This document shows positions 1 through 8,708 of a DNA stretch of 64,000 nucleotides, one piece after another. Source of the DNA: a virus (taxonomy: Duplodnaviria; Caudoviricetes); the IMG/VR virus record IMGVR_UViG_3300030433_001901, positions 1 through 64,000 of that record; one strand, written 5' to 3'. The notes beneath the pieces were generated by a model. It saw only the letters and a list, made by a program, of their open reading frames with translations. It ran no database searches and was not told the DNA's origin. Position 1 is the first letter of the stretch. The number at the start of each line of letters is the position of its first letter. The position numbers and the translations under genes were made by a program.

Positions 1-2
1 CC

Positions 3-1889
3 AATTGTGATATTGATTACAACAATGGTAATTGGGGGAACCCTTGTTTGTTGAGAGATAGAGAGGTGCGTGGTGAAAAATATGAACTGCGTCTATTCAA
101 ATGTGAAAAGACAATGTATGACGGCTTTATTGAGTTTTTACATTATCGCGACCCGGACATAATGATTGCTCATGCTGGAACATTCTTTGACATACCTCAC
201 ATGATTGAACGCCTTGACCATATTTACGGTCATGGTGGCGCGTCTAAGTTAAGTCCCGTTGGTATTATCCGATACCCAAAGAAGGGAGAGCGATACCGAT
301 TTGACGACCAACCGATTGCTGGCCGATGGCAGTTTGATACTGCCGCGCCGGAATCAAGCGGAACAGGTTTTGAGCGTGTATGGAAAGATAGCGGTGGCGG
401 TCAACTACCTAATCGTAAGTTGAACACTATCGCTGAAATACTTGGTCTTGGTTCTAAACTGACAGAAGAGATTGACGGTATGACTGTTCACAATGGTTGG
501 TATGAGTATTGGTCCGAGTTTGTTGACTACTGTTTGCTTGATACAGTTCTGCTCCGTGGTATTGATGAAGCGCGTAATGTCACAGACTTCTTTGTTGAGA
601 TGGTTCGCCTTTGTGGTGTATCAATTCAATCATCAACGAATGTATCAAACTTCATGCGCGGTCTTCTTGGTCGCAAGACAGACATGATTGCACCTTCTCG
701 TATTAGTGTCGTAAAGCCGGACTTACAAGGTGCGGAGTTTATTCTAAAAGAGAACGGAATGTATGAAGATGTATGTGTCATTGACTACAAAGGGTTGTAT
801 CCATCATTAATGACAGGGTTCAATCTTTCTTATGAAACAAAAAGAGATGGACCCGGTGAAGGAATCATTGCTATGGAGAACGGAACTTATTGGGACCAAA
901 CGCAGAAAGGCATACTTCCTCAAGTTGTTGACGACCTCTTTGAATATCGTGCGCTATGTAAAAAGCGTATGCGTGAAGCAGAATCTAAAGAAGTAAGAGC
1001 CGCTTGGAACACAACTCAAGCCGCAGTAAAGCGCGTCATGGCGAGCCTATATGGGGCAACCGCAAGTATTGGTTTTGGTTGGGCTGATTTAGACATAGCC
1101 GAAACAATCTTATCCGAAGGGCGACGATGTATCGCATTGCTTGATACAGTTGCGACTAACATGGGATACAATGTGCTTTACGGCTTTACTGATTCGGCAT
1201 TCATTCAAGTGCCGCTTGACGAAGCAGAAGCATTAGCCGCGCGTATTACTAATGTTGTTCAAGAAACAACGGGTAATACCAAACTCGTTGCAGAAGTTGA
1301 AGCATACATGCCTTACTGGTTGCTCGCTGGTAAAAATCGCTACGCTGGTAAGGTGTCTTATCCTCCCGAAGACGAAGGTAAAATGAAGTCTGCTAATTTC
1401 ATGAAGGGTAGTAATCTTGCTCCTATCAGTAAGAAAGCAGAAACCGTAGTGCTTGACCTTGTTTGTGATGGTGCAGTTGAAGGTGATGTTAGAGCCGCCG
1501 TTCTTGAGTTAGCAATGCCTGTGCGTAATGGTGATATGGATTTGAAAGATGTCACAGAACAAACGCGTATTGGTAATGACCCCGAAAGTTATGATACTCC
1601 TTCGGGTGCTTCAAGAGCCGCGTTGTATTATAATCAAAACATGGCTAAAGACGACCCCTTTGTTAAGGGCGACTCGGTTCAATGGATACAAGTTTCAGCC
1701 GTTCCAAATGGTTATCCACCAACAGATATTGTTGCGTATAGGGAACCTGCTGAACTTGATGGATTTGAACTAAACTCAAAAGCCATACTAAAGAAACTTA
1801 TTGAGAAGAAAATCTCCGGTATTTTCAATGTCTTGGGTTGGGACATTGATGCCGCAATTGGAACCCCCCGACCCGCAACATATTGGTGA
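3..1889 (+). CDS. polB: Family B DNA polymerase (5' truncated by window edge)
   Basis: Frame is open from base 3. Exo II-like HAGTFFDIP, Exo III YCLLD, motif A IDYKGLYPS, motif B KRVMASLYG, motif C YGFTDS, KNRY. Confidence 0.95.
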   Translation, partial: NCDIDYNNGNWGNPCLLRDREVRGEKYELRLFKCEKTMYDGFIEFLHYRDPDIMIAHAGTFFDIPHMIERLDHIYGHGGASKLSPVGIIRYPKKGERYRFDDQPIAGRWQFDTAAPESSGTGFERVWKDSGGGQLPNRKLNTIAEILGLGSKLTEEIDGMTVHNGWYEYWSEFVDYCLLDTVLLRGIDEARNVTDFFVEMVRLCGVSIQSSTNVSNFMRGLLGRKTDMIAPSRISVVKPDLQGAEFILKENGMYEDVCVIDYKGLYPSLMTGFNLSYETKRDGPGEGIIAMENGTYWDQTQKGILPQVVDDLFEYRALCKKRMREAESKEVRAAWNTTQAAVKRVMASLYGATASIGFGWADLDIAETILSEGRRCIALLDTVATNMGYNVLYGFTDSAFIQVPLDEAEALAARITNVVQETTGNTKLVAEVEAYMPYWLLAGKNRYAGKVSYPPEDEGKMKSANFMKGSNLAPISKKAETVVLDLVCDGAVEGDVRAAVLELAMPVRNGDMDLKDVTEQTRIGNDPESYDTPSGASRAALYYNQNMAKDDPFVKGDSVQWIQVSAVPNGYPPTDIVAYREPAELDGFELNSKAILKKLIEKKISGIFNVLGWDIDAAIGTPRPATYW

Positions 1890-2119
1890 TAAAAATGTAT
1901 GATAAAGTAATAAAAAAATTAGAAGAACGAATAAAAACACTTGAAAGAAAGTGTGAAGAATTGGAAGATGAACTTGATAGTGTCGCGCAAGATATAGTAA
2001 GTGAGCATAAATTAGCCCGCGCTATATGTGAAATACAAGAACATTTGCGTGATAACGACTCATCTTTCATGATAATTAACCGCATCAATGCTCCGACAAG
2101 GGTTGGTTATAGTGATTAA
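1883..2119 (+). CDS. Small coiled-coil hypothetical protein
   Basis: Heptad-like KKLEERIKTLERKCEELEDELD; coupled to the polB stop; GGTGA SD before the ATG at 1895. Confidence 0.7.
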   Translation: MVIKMYDKVIKKLEERIKTLERKCEELEDELDSVAQDIVSEHKLARAICEIQEHLRDNDSSFMIINRINAPTRVGYSD

Positions 2120-2219
2120 AAGATGCGCAAGATGTAAGTCCTTGATTAGAAAAGATGAGCCAAAGTGCAAATGCAAGAAAAAGAAAGGAAGGATTACAGG
2201 AACATTACAAGGTGATTAA
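2112..2219 (+). CDS. 35-aa Cys/Lys-rich micro-protein (not in ORF track)
   Basis: GTG start overlapping the previous gene; MIKRCARCKSLIRKDEPKCKCKKKKGRITGTLQGD; stop abuts the next ATG at 2220. Confidence 0.5.
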   Translation: MIKRCARCKSLIRKDEPKCKCKKKKGRITGTLQGD

Positions 2220-2510
2220 ATGAAAGCAACAATAGAATATTTTGAAACAGGAACTAAAACAATTAAGTATGCAGACGGTCAATTATTTTTTGGCGACGCT
2301 ATGCTATCCGATTACATCGGAGTAAAGCGAGCAAGTGATTACTTACTAATTCCATCAGCGACGGTGATAACTATACAGACGAATGAATTAGATGAAGAGT
2401 TATTTATGGCTGATACTGATTCTATCAAGCGTTCTAAGTTAGCCGCCATCAAAAGAATGGATAATGACTTGAGAATGATTGATAATGACGGGAGGCCGTT
2501 TCATGGATAA
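2220..2510 (+). CDS. Hypothetical protein
   Basis: GGTGA SD, ATG start, in the replication operon. Confidence 0.7.
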   Translation: MKATIEYFETGTKTIKYADGQLFFGDAMLSDYIGVKRASDYLLIPSATVITIQTNELDEELFMADTDSIKRSKLAAIKRMDNDLRMIDNDGRPFHG

Positions 2511-2616
2511 CTACCCACCCGGAATGTGTTGGGAAGCATTAGACGACCACCTTGACCCCGTATTAGAATGCTGTGAGCGAAGAGCATCGGACTGTGAATG
2601 TGAGGAAGAAGAATGA
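2503..2616 (+). CDS. 37-aa acidic Cys-rich micro-protein (not in ORF track)
   Basis: GGAGG SD; MDNYPPGMCWEALDDHLDPVLECCERRASDCECEEEE; ATGA overlap with the next gene. Confidence 0.6.
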   Translation: MDNYPPGMCWEALDDHLDPVLECCERRASDCECEEEE

Positions 2617-3521
2617 CAGTTAAGATATACGACGATGGTTCAAGTTATGCTTGGACTCCCGAAATGGGTGAAGACGGTATCATTATCCGTATCAGTAAAT
2701 CAACCGCTGGTTCACTTAGTTGGTGCGCGCAACAGATGTGGCTTGAACAGAACTACCCAAGACCACAAGAATTGGTTAAGCACCTTGTATTAGGTGATGA
2801 TGTCCACAATGGTCTTGACTTATTCTATCAAGCCATAGAAGGTTCGGGTGCATTTCATAAGATGGTTGAGTCGGGTGCAGACATGACATCATACCTCAAA
2901 AAATATATTCCAAATGAAAAAACCATTAGGTCAAACAGACGCAAAGAAAACAAGAAGTTTCCATTTTACCATGAAGACTACTACTACAACATGAACTGGT
3001 TAATGGAATTTGAAAACGCGCGAATGTCAATGAACCCCGATACTCCACTACCACTTGCTAATGAAGTGCGACTTGAAGTTAAGATTGATGTTGATATTGA
3101 AGGCTACGGAACTATACCCGTTCAGTTTGTTGGTATCATTGACCGTGTGTTTGAGGCTACTGATGGAGGTCTTCTTTTGTTTGAGTTAAAGACAGGTAAA
3201 TGGAAGCCTAACAAGACTGCTGAAATGAGAAAAGAAATGGCTTATTACAAATTCTTGATTGATAACGCAGACTCCGAATACTTGAAGGAGCGCGGAATAG
3301 ACCGACCCGTTACGCATTGGGGTTGGAGATATTCTGCCGCTGACTATTGGGCGAGCGAGAAAGTCAAATCAGTTAGTGAGAAGGCGATGATGAAGCGTGT
3401 CAAAGATTTGATAAAGATGTATCTTGACGAACACTTCCCCCCGACGGAGCAAGATTTCAAATGTGCTTATTGTTCATTGATTGAACTTTGTCCAAAATAT
3501 GCAATACAGGTGAGCGAATGA
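2613..3521 (+). CDS. Cas4/RecB-like PD-(D/E)XK exonuclease with Fe-S cysteines
   Basis: N-terminal WCAQQ, G-x-x-VH, GIIDRV...FELKTG, C-terminal CAYCSLIELC (1+3 Cys pattern). Confidence 0.85.
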   Translation: MTVKIYDDGSSYAWTPEMGEDGIIIRISKSTAGSLSWCAQQMWLEQNYPRPQELVKHLVLGDDVHNGLDLFYQAIEGSGAFHKMVESGADMTSYLKKYIPNEKTIRSNRRKENKKFPFYHEDYYYNMNWLMEFENARMSMNPDTPLPLANEVRLEVKIDVDIEGYGTIPVQFVGIIDRVFEATDGGLLLFELKTGKWKPNKTAEMRKEMAYYKFLIDNADSEYLKERGIDRPVTHWGWRYSAADYWASEKVKSVSEKAMMKRVKDLIKMYLDEHFPPTEQDFKCAYCSLIELCPKYAIQVSE

Positions 3522-3664
3522 AGGTGTGTGAATTATGTGGTAGTAAGAAAGTTGATGGTATTCGCTTTGCGAAGCGTGTTGCTTGTTTTAGATGTATTGA
3601 CAAAGTGCTTGAGTTTGCTATTACTGCGGGAATGAGGTTTGAAGATGAATCCGCTTCACTTTGA
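3518..3664 (+). CDS. 48-aa Zn-finger micro-protein (not in ORF track)
   Basis: GGTGA SD and ATGA overlap; MKVCELCG...VACFRCIDK (CxxC-CxxC). Confidence 0.65.
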   Translation: MKVCELCGSKKVDGIRFAKRVACFRCIDKVLEFAITAGMRFEDESASL

Positions 3665-5225
3665 TTTTCCTAAAGAAGTTGGCTTGTTTAGAAAGGTGGT
3701 CAACGATAATAGAGAGTTTGAGAAATACTGGTCGGCTTTGCAAAATTCACAATGCGCGTATATGTCTGTTTATGGTTTCCGAGCCGTAAAACCTAATGGT
3801 CGTCGTGCTGAATATAACACAGCAATCATCAAACATTTTGTGTTAGACTTTGACAAAAAGTATCGTAAAGGTAGCAACATGATAGAAGTTGAAGGCGATG
3901 AAGTTGTTGAACAAGTCAAACGCTTACACCATTTTTTGTTGGGCGCAGACATCAATCATGGTGTTTGGTTCAGCGGTAATGGATTTCATGTTTGGGTTTC
4001 ACTTGAGAAAACTCATTTACCATCAAGCGGAACTCAAGTATCACACATCAAAGCCGCTGGGAAGAAAGTCATTAACGAATGGAAGAAAGACATGGAGTTG
4101 TATTGTATGGACCCAACTGTTCCGTTTGATACCGCGCGAATGATAAGAGTTCCTAACTCTTACAATGCTAAACAACATGTTCTCCGATGGAGCATACCAT
4201 TGAAGACGGAAGACTTGAATAAGTCATGGGACGAATTGTGTGAAATAGCGCAAGCACCCCTTAACAAAGCATACTTCTATGGAACTAAAGGTGTCCACTT
4301 ACCAATAAAAGAAGTGCGTAAAAATCAATTCAAGGTGTCCGGTGAGCCTGTTAACTTTGAAACTGTCAAGATGGGTAGTATCAAAATTCTACCATGTCTA
4401 ATGGAATCAGCATGTCAAGTTGGTAGCAATCCGCCACATATCAGCCGCGCAAGTTTAGCAATCTACCTTGCTTCAAGACTACGCAACTTCCTTCCTGTTC
4501 AGCGAACTACTGTTCAAATGCGCGAAGCGCATATTCTAACTCTTCACGATTTTATCAAAACTCTTCAATGGGCTGATTATGACCCCGGAACTACGGAGTA
4601 TCAATTGAGGTCTATTGTTGAAGGTGGATATATGGAGAGGTGTGAGAGTCTAATCGGTAAAGGATTATGTATAGGTCGCTGTCAATTATGGGACGGAACT
4701 GGTGAGCATGAAGATAATCTTGATGATTCTTTAATTTTACAAGTAAATGATAATGATGTCAATAGTGCTAAAAAAATATTAAAAGAATTTGACGCGCAAA
4801 AAACACACGATAAGTTTTCCTCTCCGACTAACTATGTTGGTTATCTTGGTGAAATGGTCTTTAATAGACACCTTGAATCAATTAATAAAATCAATGATAA
4901 AAAATGGATTGAATTCATTACTAATAATTGGGAAGACCCCGACTTTGTATTGAATGGATATAGCGTTGATTTGAAAACAACTTATGATGAAGGAGGAATG
5001 TGGTTCCAAGAACCTAAACATGACATATATATTGCCGCGCGTATGTTAAGGAATAATAAAAAAATGCATGTTCTTGGCTGGATTAGTAAAAAAGAACTTA
5101 AAAATATGCAACGCGCAAATAATCCTCTATGTGTAAAAATAAAAAGAGGTAATAGATATGATTGGAAACTTAATGAATGTGCATTGCATGATTTGAAAAC
5201 ACTACCGTTTGAGGTGATAAAATGA
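3645..5225 (+). CDS. Archaeo-eukaryotic primase (PriS fused to PriL-like Fe-S domain) with C-terminal PD-(D/E)XK-like nuclease domain
   Basis: AEP motifs VLDFD, FSGNGFH, D..RMIRVPNSYN; PriL-like LPC...H..R...DYD...C...GLC...C; tail GYLGE...DPDF...VDLKT. Confidence 0.85.
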   Translation: MNPLHFDFPKEVGLFRKVVNDNREFEKYWSALQNSQCAYMSVYGFRAVKPNGRRAEYNTAIIKHFVLDFDKKYRKGSNMIEVEGDEVVEQVKRLHHFLLGADINHGVWFSGNGFHVWVSLEKTHLPSSGTQVSHIKAAGKKVINEWKKDMELYCMDPTVPFDTARMIRVPNSYNAKQHVLRWSIPLKTEDLNKSWDELCEIAQAPLNKAYFYGTKGVHLPIKEVRKNQFKVSGEPVNFETVKMGSIKILPCLMESACQVGSNPPHISRASLAIYLASRLRNFLPVQRTTVQMREAHILTLHDFIKTLQWADYDPGTTEYQLRSIVEGGYMERCESLIGKGLCIGRCQLWDGTGEHEDNLDDSLILQVNDNDVNSAKKILKEFDAQKTHDKFSSPTNYVGYLGEMVFNRHLESINKINDKKWIEFITNNWEDPDFVLNGYSVDLKTTYDEGGMWFQEPKHDIYIAARMLRNNKKMHVLGWISKKELKNMQRANNPLCVKIKRGNRYDWKLNECALHDLKTLPFEVIK

Positions 5226-5560
5226 AAAGAAAATATGAATATAAAACAGTAAATGGGATACTAAAAGGAATAACAATAACATCAACAGAACATGTCAAAA
5301 GTGATAGTTGGGATAAAGAATGGTTAGATGCAATATACATTGAACTACTATTGAATATTGATGAACAATGGAAGACTGCTCGGCAACTACTAAAGTATAT
5401 GCGACCGGAGTTGAGGCTTACTATGACAACAGCACAGATTAGACAGTTCTTGACTTACTTGAAAAGAAAAGGTCTTGTTGAGTATCAAAAGATAAACAGA
5501 ACGCATAGTCAATACAGAAGAGCGCAGAAAATACCAAAGCACATGGGGAGGAATGGTTGA
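5222..5560 (+). CDS. Winged-helix DNA-binding protein (putative)
   Basis: TARQL...TTAQIRQFLTYLKRKGLVEY...Y fits a wHTH pattern. Confidence 0.55.
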   Translation: MKRKYEYKTVNGILKGITITSTEHVKSDSWDKEWLDAIYIELLLNIDEQWKTARQLLKYMRPELRLTMTTAQIRQFLTYLKRKGLVEYQKINRTHSQYRRAQKIPKHMGRNG

Positions 5561-6249
5561 TGAAACCACCTCTAATAATTGACAGTAATGAGCGCGGTTC
5601 TCTTGTGTCAGCAATTGAACGCCGCGCTAAATCTCGTTCACCTCGTATTGACATACTCCGTCAAAACTTGGTGAATGGAGATTACAAGTGCGGTGATTGG
5701 CTAATAGAAGCAAAGAGCGTTGATGATTTATTCAACTCAATGAGAAATGGACATCTAATGCGACAACTTGACAACATGGACGCTAATGACGGCAACTATG
5801 GATTGGTGATATGGGGAGAAGTCGGTGGGTATGTTCACCGAGCGCGTGAGCGTGGTTCTTCAATAACAGCAAGTCAAGCACTAAAACAAATGACAGGATT
5901 TCTTGGTAGGGTTGTAGCCGACTTCGGTTGCCTCATTTACCGCGCCCCTAACGCAAGTGAAGCGGCGGCTTTCATGGTCGCTTTGCATGAAAAAACATAC
6001 AAGAAAGCAAGCAGACATGGTGCGCAAGCAGTAAGACGCGTATCAACAAACGATGTCCGCAAAGATATGCTAATCACTATACCCGGTATTGGACCGGAGA
6101 TGGTTGAAGCAATACTCAACGCGTGCGGCTCAATAGAAGAAGTTGCATGTGGTGATTGTTTGAGAGATGTTCCCCGTATGGGTAAGGTCTTGAGAAACAG
6201 ATTGATTGAAGTTCTCACAAGCGAAGATGAAGTTCGCTTTGAGAGGTGA
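5557..6249 (+). CDS. ERCC4/XPF (Hef-like) structure-specific nuclease with HhH
   Basis: IIDSNE, GDY, IEAKSVDDL..S..GHL..Q; HhH IPGIGP and VPRMGK. Confidence 0.9.
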   Translation: MMKPPLIIDSNERGSLVSAIERRAKSRSPRIDILRQNLVNGDYKCGDWLIEAKSVDDLFNSMRNGHLMRQLDNMDANDGNYGLVIWGEVGGYVHRARERGSSITASQALKQMTGFLGRVVADFGCLIYRAPNASEAAAFMVALHEKTYKKASRHGAQAVRRVSTNDVRKDMLITIPGIGPEMVEAILNACGSIEEVACGDCLRDVPRMGKVLRNRLIEVLTSEDEVRFER

Positions 6250-6396
6250 TAGCGTGAATATTTTAAATACTCTCGCGAATAAAACCCAATATTATCTTTA
6301 TTATAATAAGGCGATAAATGATAATATTAGAAATGGTTATAGGCTGACCACCATACCGCAAGAGTCAACCGCCCCCCTAAAGGAGATGAAAAAATT
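6250..6396. promoter_or_regulatory. AT-rich intergenic region with nested inverted repeats (candidate promoter or origin)
   Basis: AATATTATC (6288-6296) and GATAATATT (6320-6328) flank the perfect palindrome TTATTATAATAA (6298-6309), just upstream of the helicase. Confidence 0.4.
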
Positions 6397-7821
6397 ATGG
6401 CACAAAGAATATGGAACCAATATACAGCAGTAAAAGAATACCCAATGTTGAAGGATTACCTTGAGCGTTTTAGGACTACCTCATTTTTCAATGAGATACC
6501 CGGCCTCATATCCTTCTTCTATTTGCAAGGTCAAGCCCTTGTTGACTACATAAGAATACCAGTATGGGCTTCGGCACTTGACCCAAGAATACATGTGTTT
6601 TGGATACAACCGACGCGTTCGGGTAAATCTATCGCATGGGAGTTCACAGGAGAAGTTGCGGAACTTGCAGGTTTGAATACAGATATGTTCACCAGCGGAA
6701 CAGACAGCGCGCTTATCGGGTCAATTGACTCGGTTAGCGACGGCAACGGTGGATATGAACTAATACAGAATGAAGGATTACTCGGTGGTAAGAAGTGTTT
6801 GAACTTTGATGAAGGTTCAATCCTTCTGCAATCAAACCCTAAGCAATTCTTCTCGGAAGTTATTTTGTATTTACAACAAGCAATGAATACAGTCGGTAGT
6901 CATTCTAACACATTGACTAAGCACATGAAGAACGGTAAGGTTGAAACAGAATCGCGCGTATCTTTTTGGATAACATCATTCCCACCAAGCGGTGTTAAGG
7001 AGTATGTTCTAACCAAAGGATTGTTCCAGCGTGTATTATTGTTATACAGACCATGGAGCGATGATATGCGACAGATGGTATCGGAAAGAAGAATGGAAGG
7101 TATCTTCAAGGATAAACTAACAGATGTGAAATCACTTGATGATATATCCAAACACTTCATTAAGATTCGTGAAAAGACAGAAGCGCGTTTATTGCAACTT
7201 GCTAACATGACTCATCAAGAATGGGAAGAGTTATCCAATGAAGGTAAAGAAGAAGTTGCGCGTGGTTGTATGCATGAGATGTTCACTATTGACAACTCCC
7301 TCCACCCTCAATTGATGGCTTCTGTTGATGAATACTACACACTTGTTCGTGGTATGGACAAGCATCTATCCGATGTTGTTTGTTCATTCATTCCGAATGT
7401 TCTAAACTATACAATCATATTTGCTACACATCTTGCTTTGATGAGAGTTGAGCGTGATAGCATACCTATTGACGGTGATTGGAAGGTGACAGGTGATGAT
7501 GTTGAGATGGCGACTGAAATCCTCTATGATATATACGAGCAACTTGTCCTATGGCTTGAGTCCGAAGTTGAAGTTGGAGCGAAAGCGGCTGAAAAGATTG
7601 CGCGCAAAGATGAATGGTTGAATGCTCTCAAGGTATGCAAGTCTGTTGAGATAGAAGGACGAGGTGAAGGTTGGGTTCTAAAGAATGATTTGTTTGATAG
7701 ATACGCTAACCAACTTGGTAAGACTAAACCGACTGTGTATAAGAGATTCAAAGATGTTGAAAAGTTATTCCAAACACACAAGGTTGGGACTGCGGCTTAT
7801 GTTAAACTTAAGGAGGAATAA
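6397..7821 (+). CDS. MCM-like AAA+ replicative helicase with C-terminal wHTH
   Basis: Walker A variant QPTRSGKS, Walker B LNFDEG, LQQAM, Arg finger GLFQR. Confidence 0.75.
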   Translation: MAQRIWNQYTAVKEYPMLKDYLERFRTTSFFNEIPGLISFFYLQGQALVDYIRIPVWASALDPRIHVFWIQPTRSGKSIAWEFTGEVAELAGLNTDMFTSGTDSALIGSIDSVSDGNGGYELIQNEGLLGGKKCLNFDEGSILLQSNPKQFFSEVILYLQQAMNTVGSHSNTLTKHMKNGKVETESRVSFWITSFPPSGVKEYVLTKGLFQRVLLLYRPWSDDMRQMVSERRMEGIFKDKLTDVKSLDDISKHFIKIREKTEARLLQLANMTHQEWEELSNEGKEEVARGCMHEMFTIDNSLHPQLMASVDEYYTLVRGMDKHLSDVVCSFIPNVLNYTIIFATHLALMRVERDSIPIDGDWKVTGDDVEMATEILYDIYEQLVLWLESEVEVGAKAAEKIARKDEWLNALKVCKSVEIEGRGEGWVLKNDLFDRYANQLGKTKPTVYKRFKDVEKLFQTHKVGTAAYVKLKEE

Positions 7822-7823
7822 AT

Positions 7824-8078
7824 ATGAATAAAGAACAACAAGAACATTACAAAGAATTACTGCGTGAAATACTTGATACCCTTGAAGGTGGAGATGTTGC
7901 ACTTGACTTTGAAGATGCACCGAGCGCGGCTACTACTATTCGTATCATTGCCGACATTGCTGGAAATGCTTTGCGCGGATTTGAATTTATAGAGGCTCTT
8001 GCAGATAAACTTGGTAAGGTGTATAATCCCGATAATCCATATCCATTTGAAGATGAAAAGTCGGAGGTGAGCAAGTGA
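7824..8078 (+). CDS. Hypothetical protein
   Basis: GGAGG SD, ATG start, coupled to the next gene. Confidence 0.7.
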   Translation: MNKEQQEHYKELLREILDTLEGGDVALDFEDAPSAATTIRIIADIAGNALRGFEFIEALADKLGKVYNPDNPYPFEDEKSEVSK

Positions 8079-8704
8079 GTAAAGTAATGGCTTTGGATAT
8101 TGAAACAGCAAACTACTCTCATGAGATAGGTGGTTGGGATAACACCCACATGTTTGAGCCAACGGTTGTTGCTACATGGGACGGTGAAGAAGCACACGCT
8201 TTCTCTAAATCCTTTCCTTCGGCATTAGAAGATAGAAAGGATATAATGTCGGGTGAAGCGCACATGCACCCTTTACACCCAAGAGAGTTAGGTGAGCATT
8301 TGTATAAGCATGTTCACAATGGTGGTATAATCGTTGGACATAACATACGAGGATTTGATTTACCCGTTCTCCGTGATGCGCTTGACATGCACTACGCCGG
8401 AGTTCTTCTTGCTAAAGCAGACGAGTATCTTGTTGATACATCGTGGTCGGTAAGAAGCGCGTGTGGTAAAAGCCATCAACTTGATTCTTTGTGTAAGCAT
8501 ACACTTGGGAGAGGAAAAGAAATCATGGATTCAACAGACGCGCCGATTGCTTGGAAAGAAGGTCGGCACGCTGATGTAATCAAATACTGCATAGCAGACT
8601 GCAAACTCAATTATGACTTATTTCTTCATGGGAGGAATGAAGGCTTTGTTAAAGGCCGTAATGAAGAAACAGGACTGATTGAAGAATATAATATAGGTTG
8701 GTGA
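8075..8704 (+). CDS. DEDD 3'-5' exonuclease (RNase H-like, YprB/PolB-exo type)
   Basis: ALDIET, VGHNIRGFDLPVL, YCIAD. Confidence 0.85.
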   Translation: MSKVMALDIETANYSHEIGGWDNTHMFEPTVVATWDGEEAHAFSKSFPSALEDRKDIMSGEAHMHPLHPRELGEHLYKHVHNGGIIVGHNIRGFDLPVLRDALDMHYAGVLLAKADEYLVDTSWSVRSACGKSHQLDSLCKHTLGRGKEIMDSTDAPIAWKEGRHADVIKYCIADCKLNYDLFLHGRNEGFVKGRNEETGLIEEYNIGW

Positions 8705-8708
8705 AACA

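Noticed and set aside
2613-3521. Cas4-like gene as a sign of a CRISPR-Cas locus
   Set aside because: No repeat-spacer array or other cas genes in the window; solo Cas4-like nucleases are common in archaeal virus replication modules.
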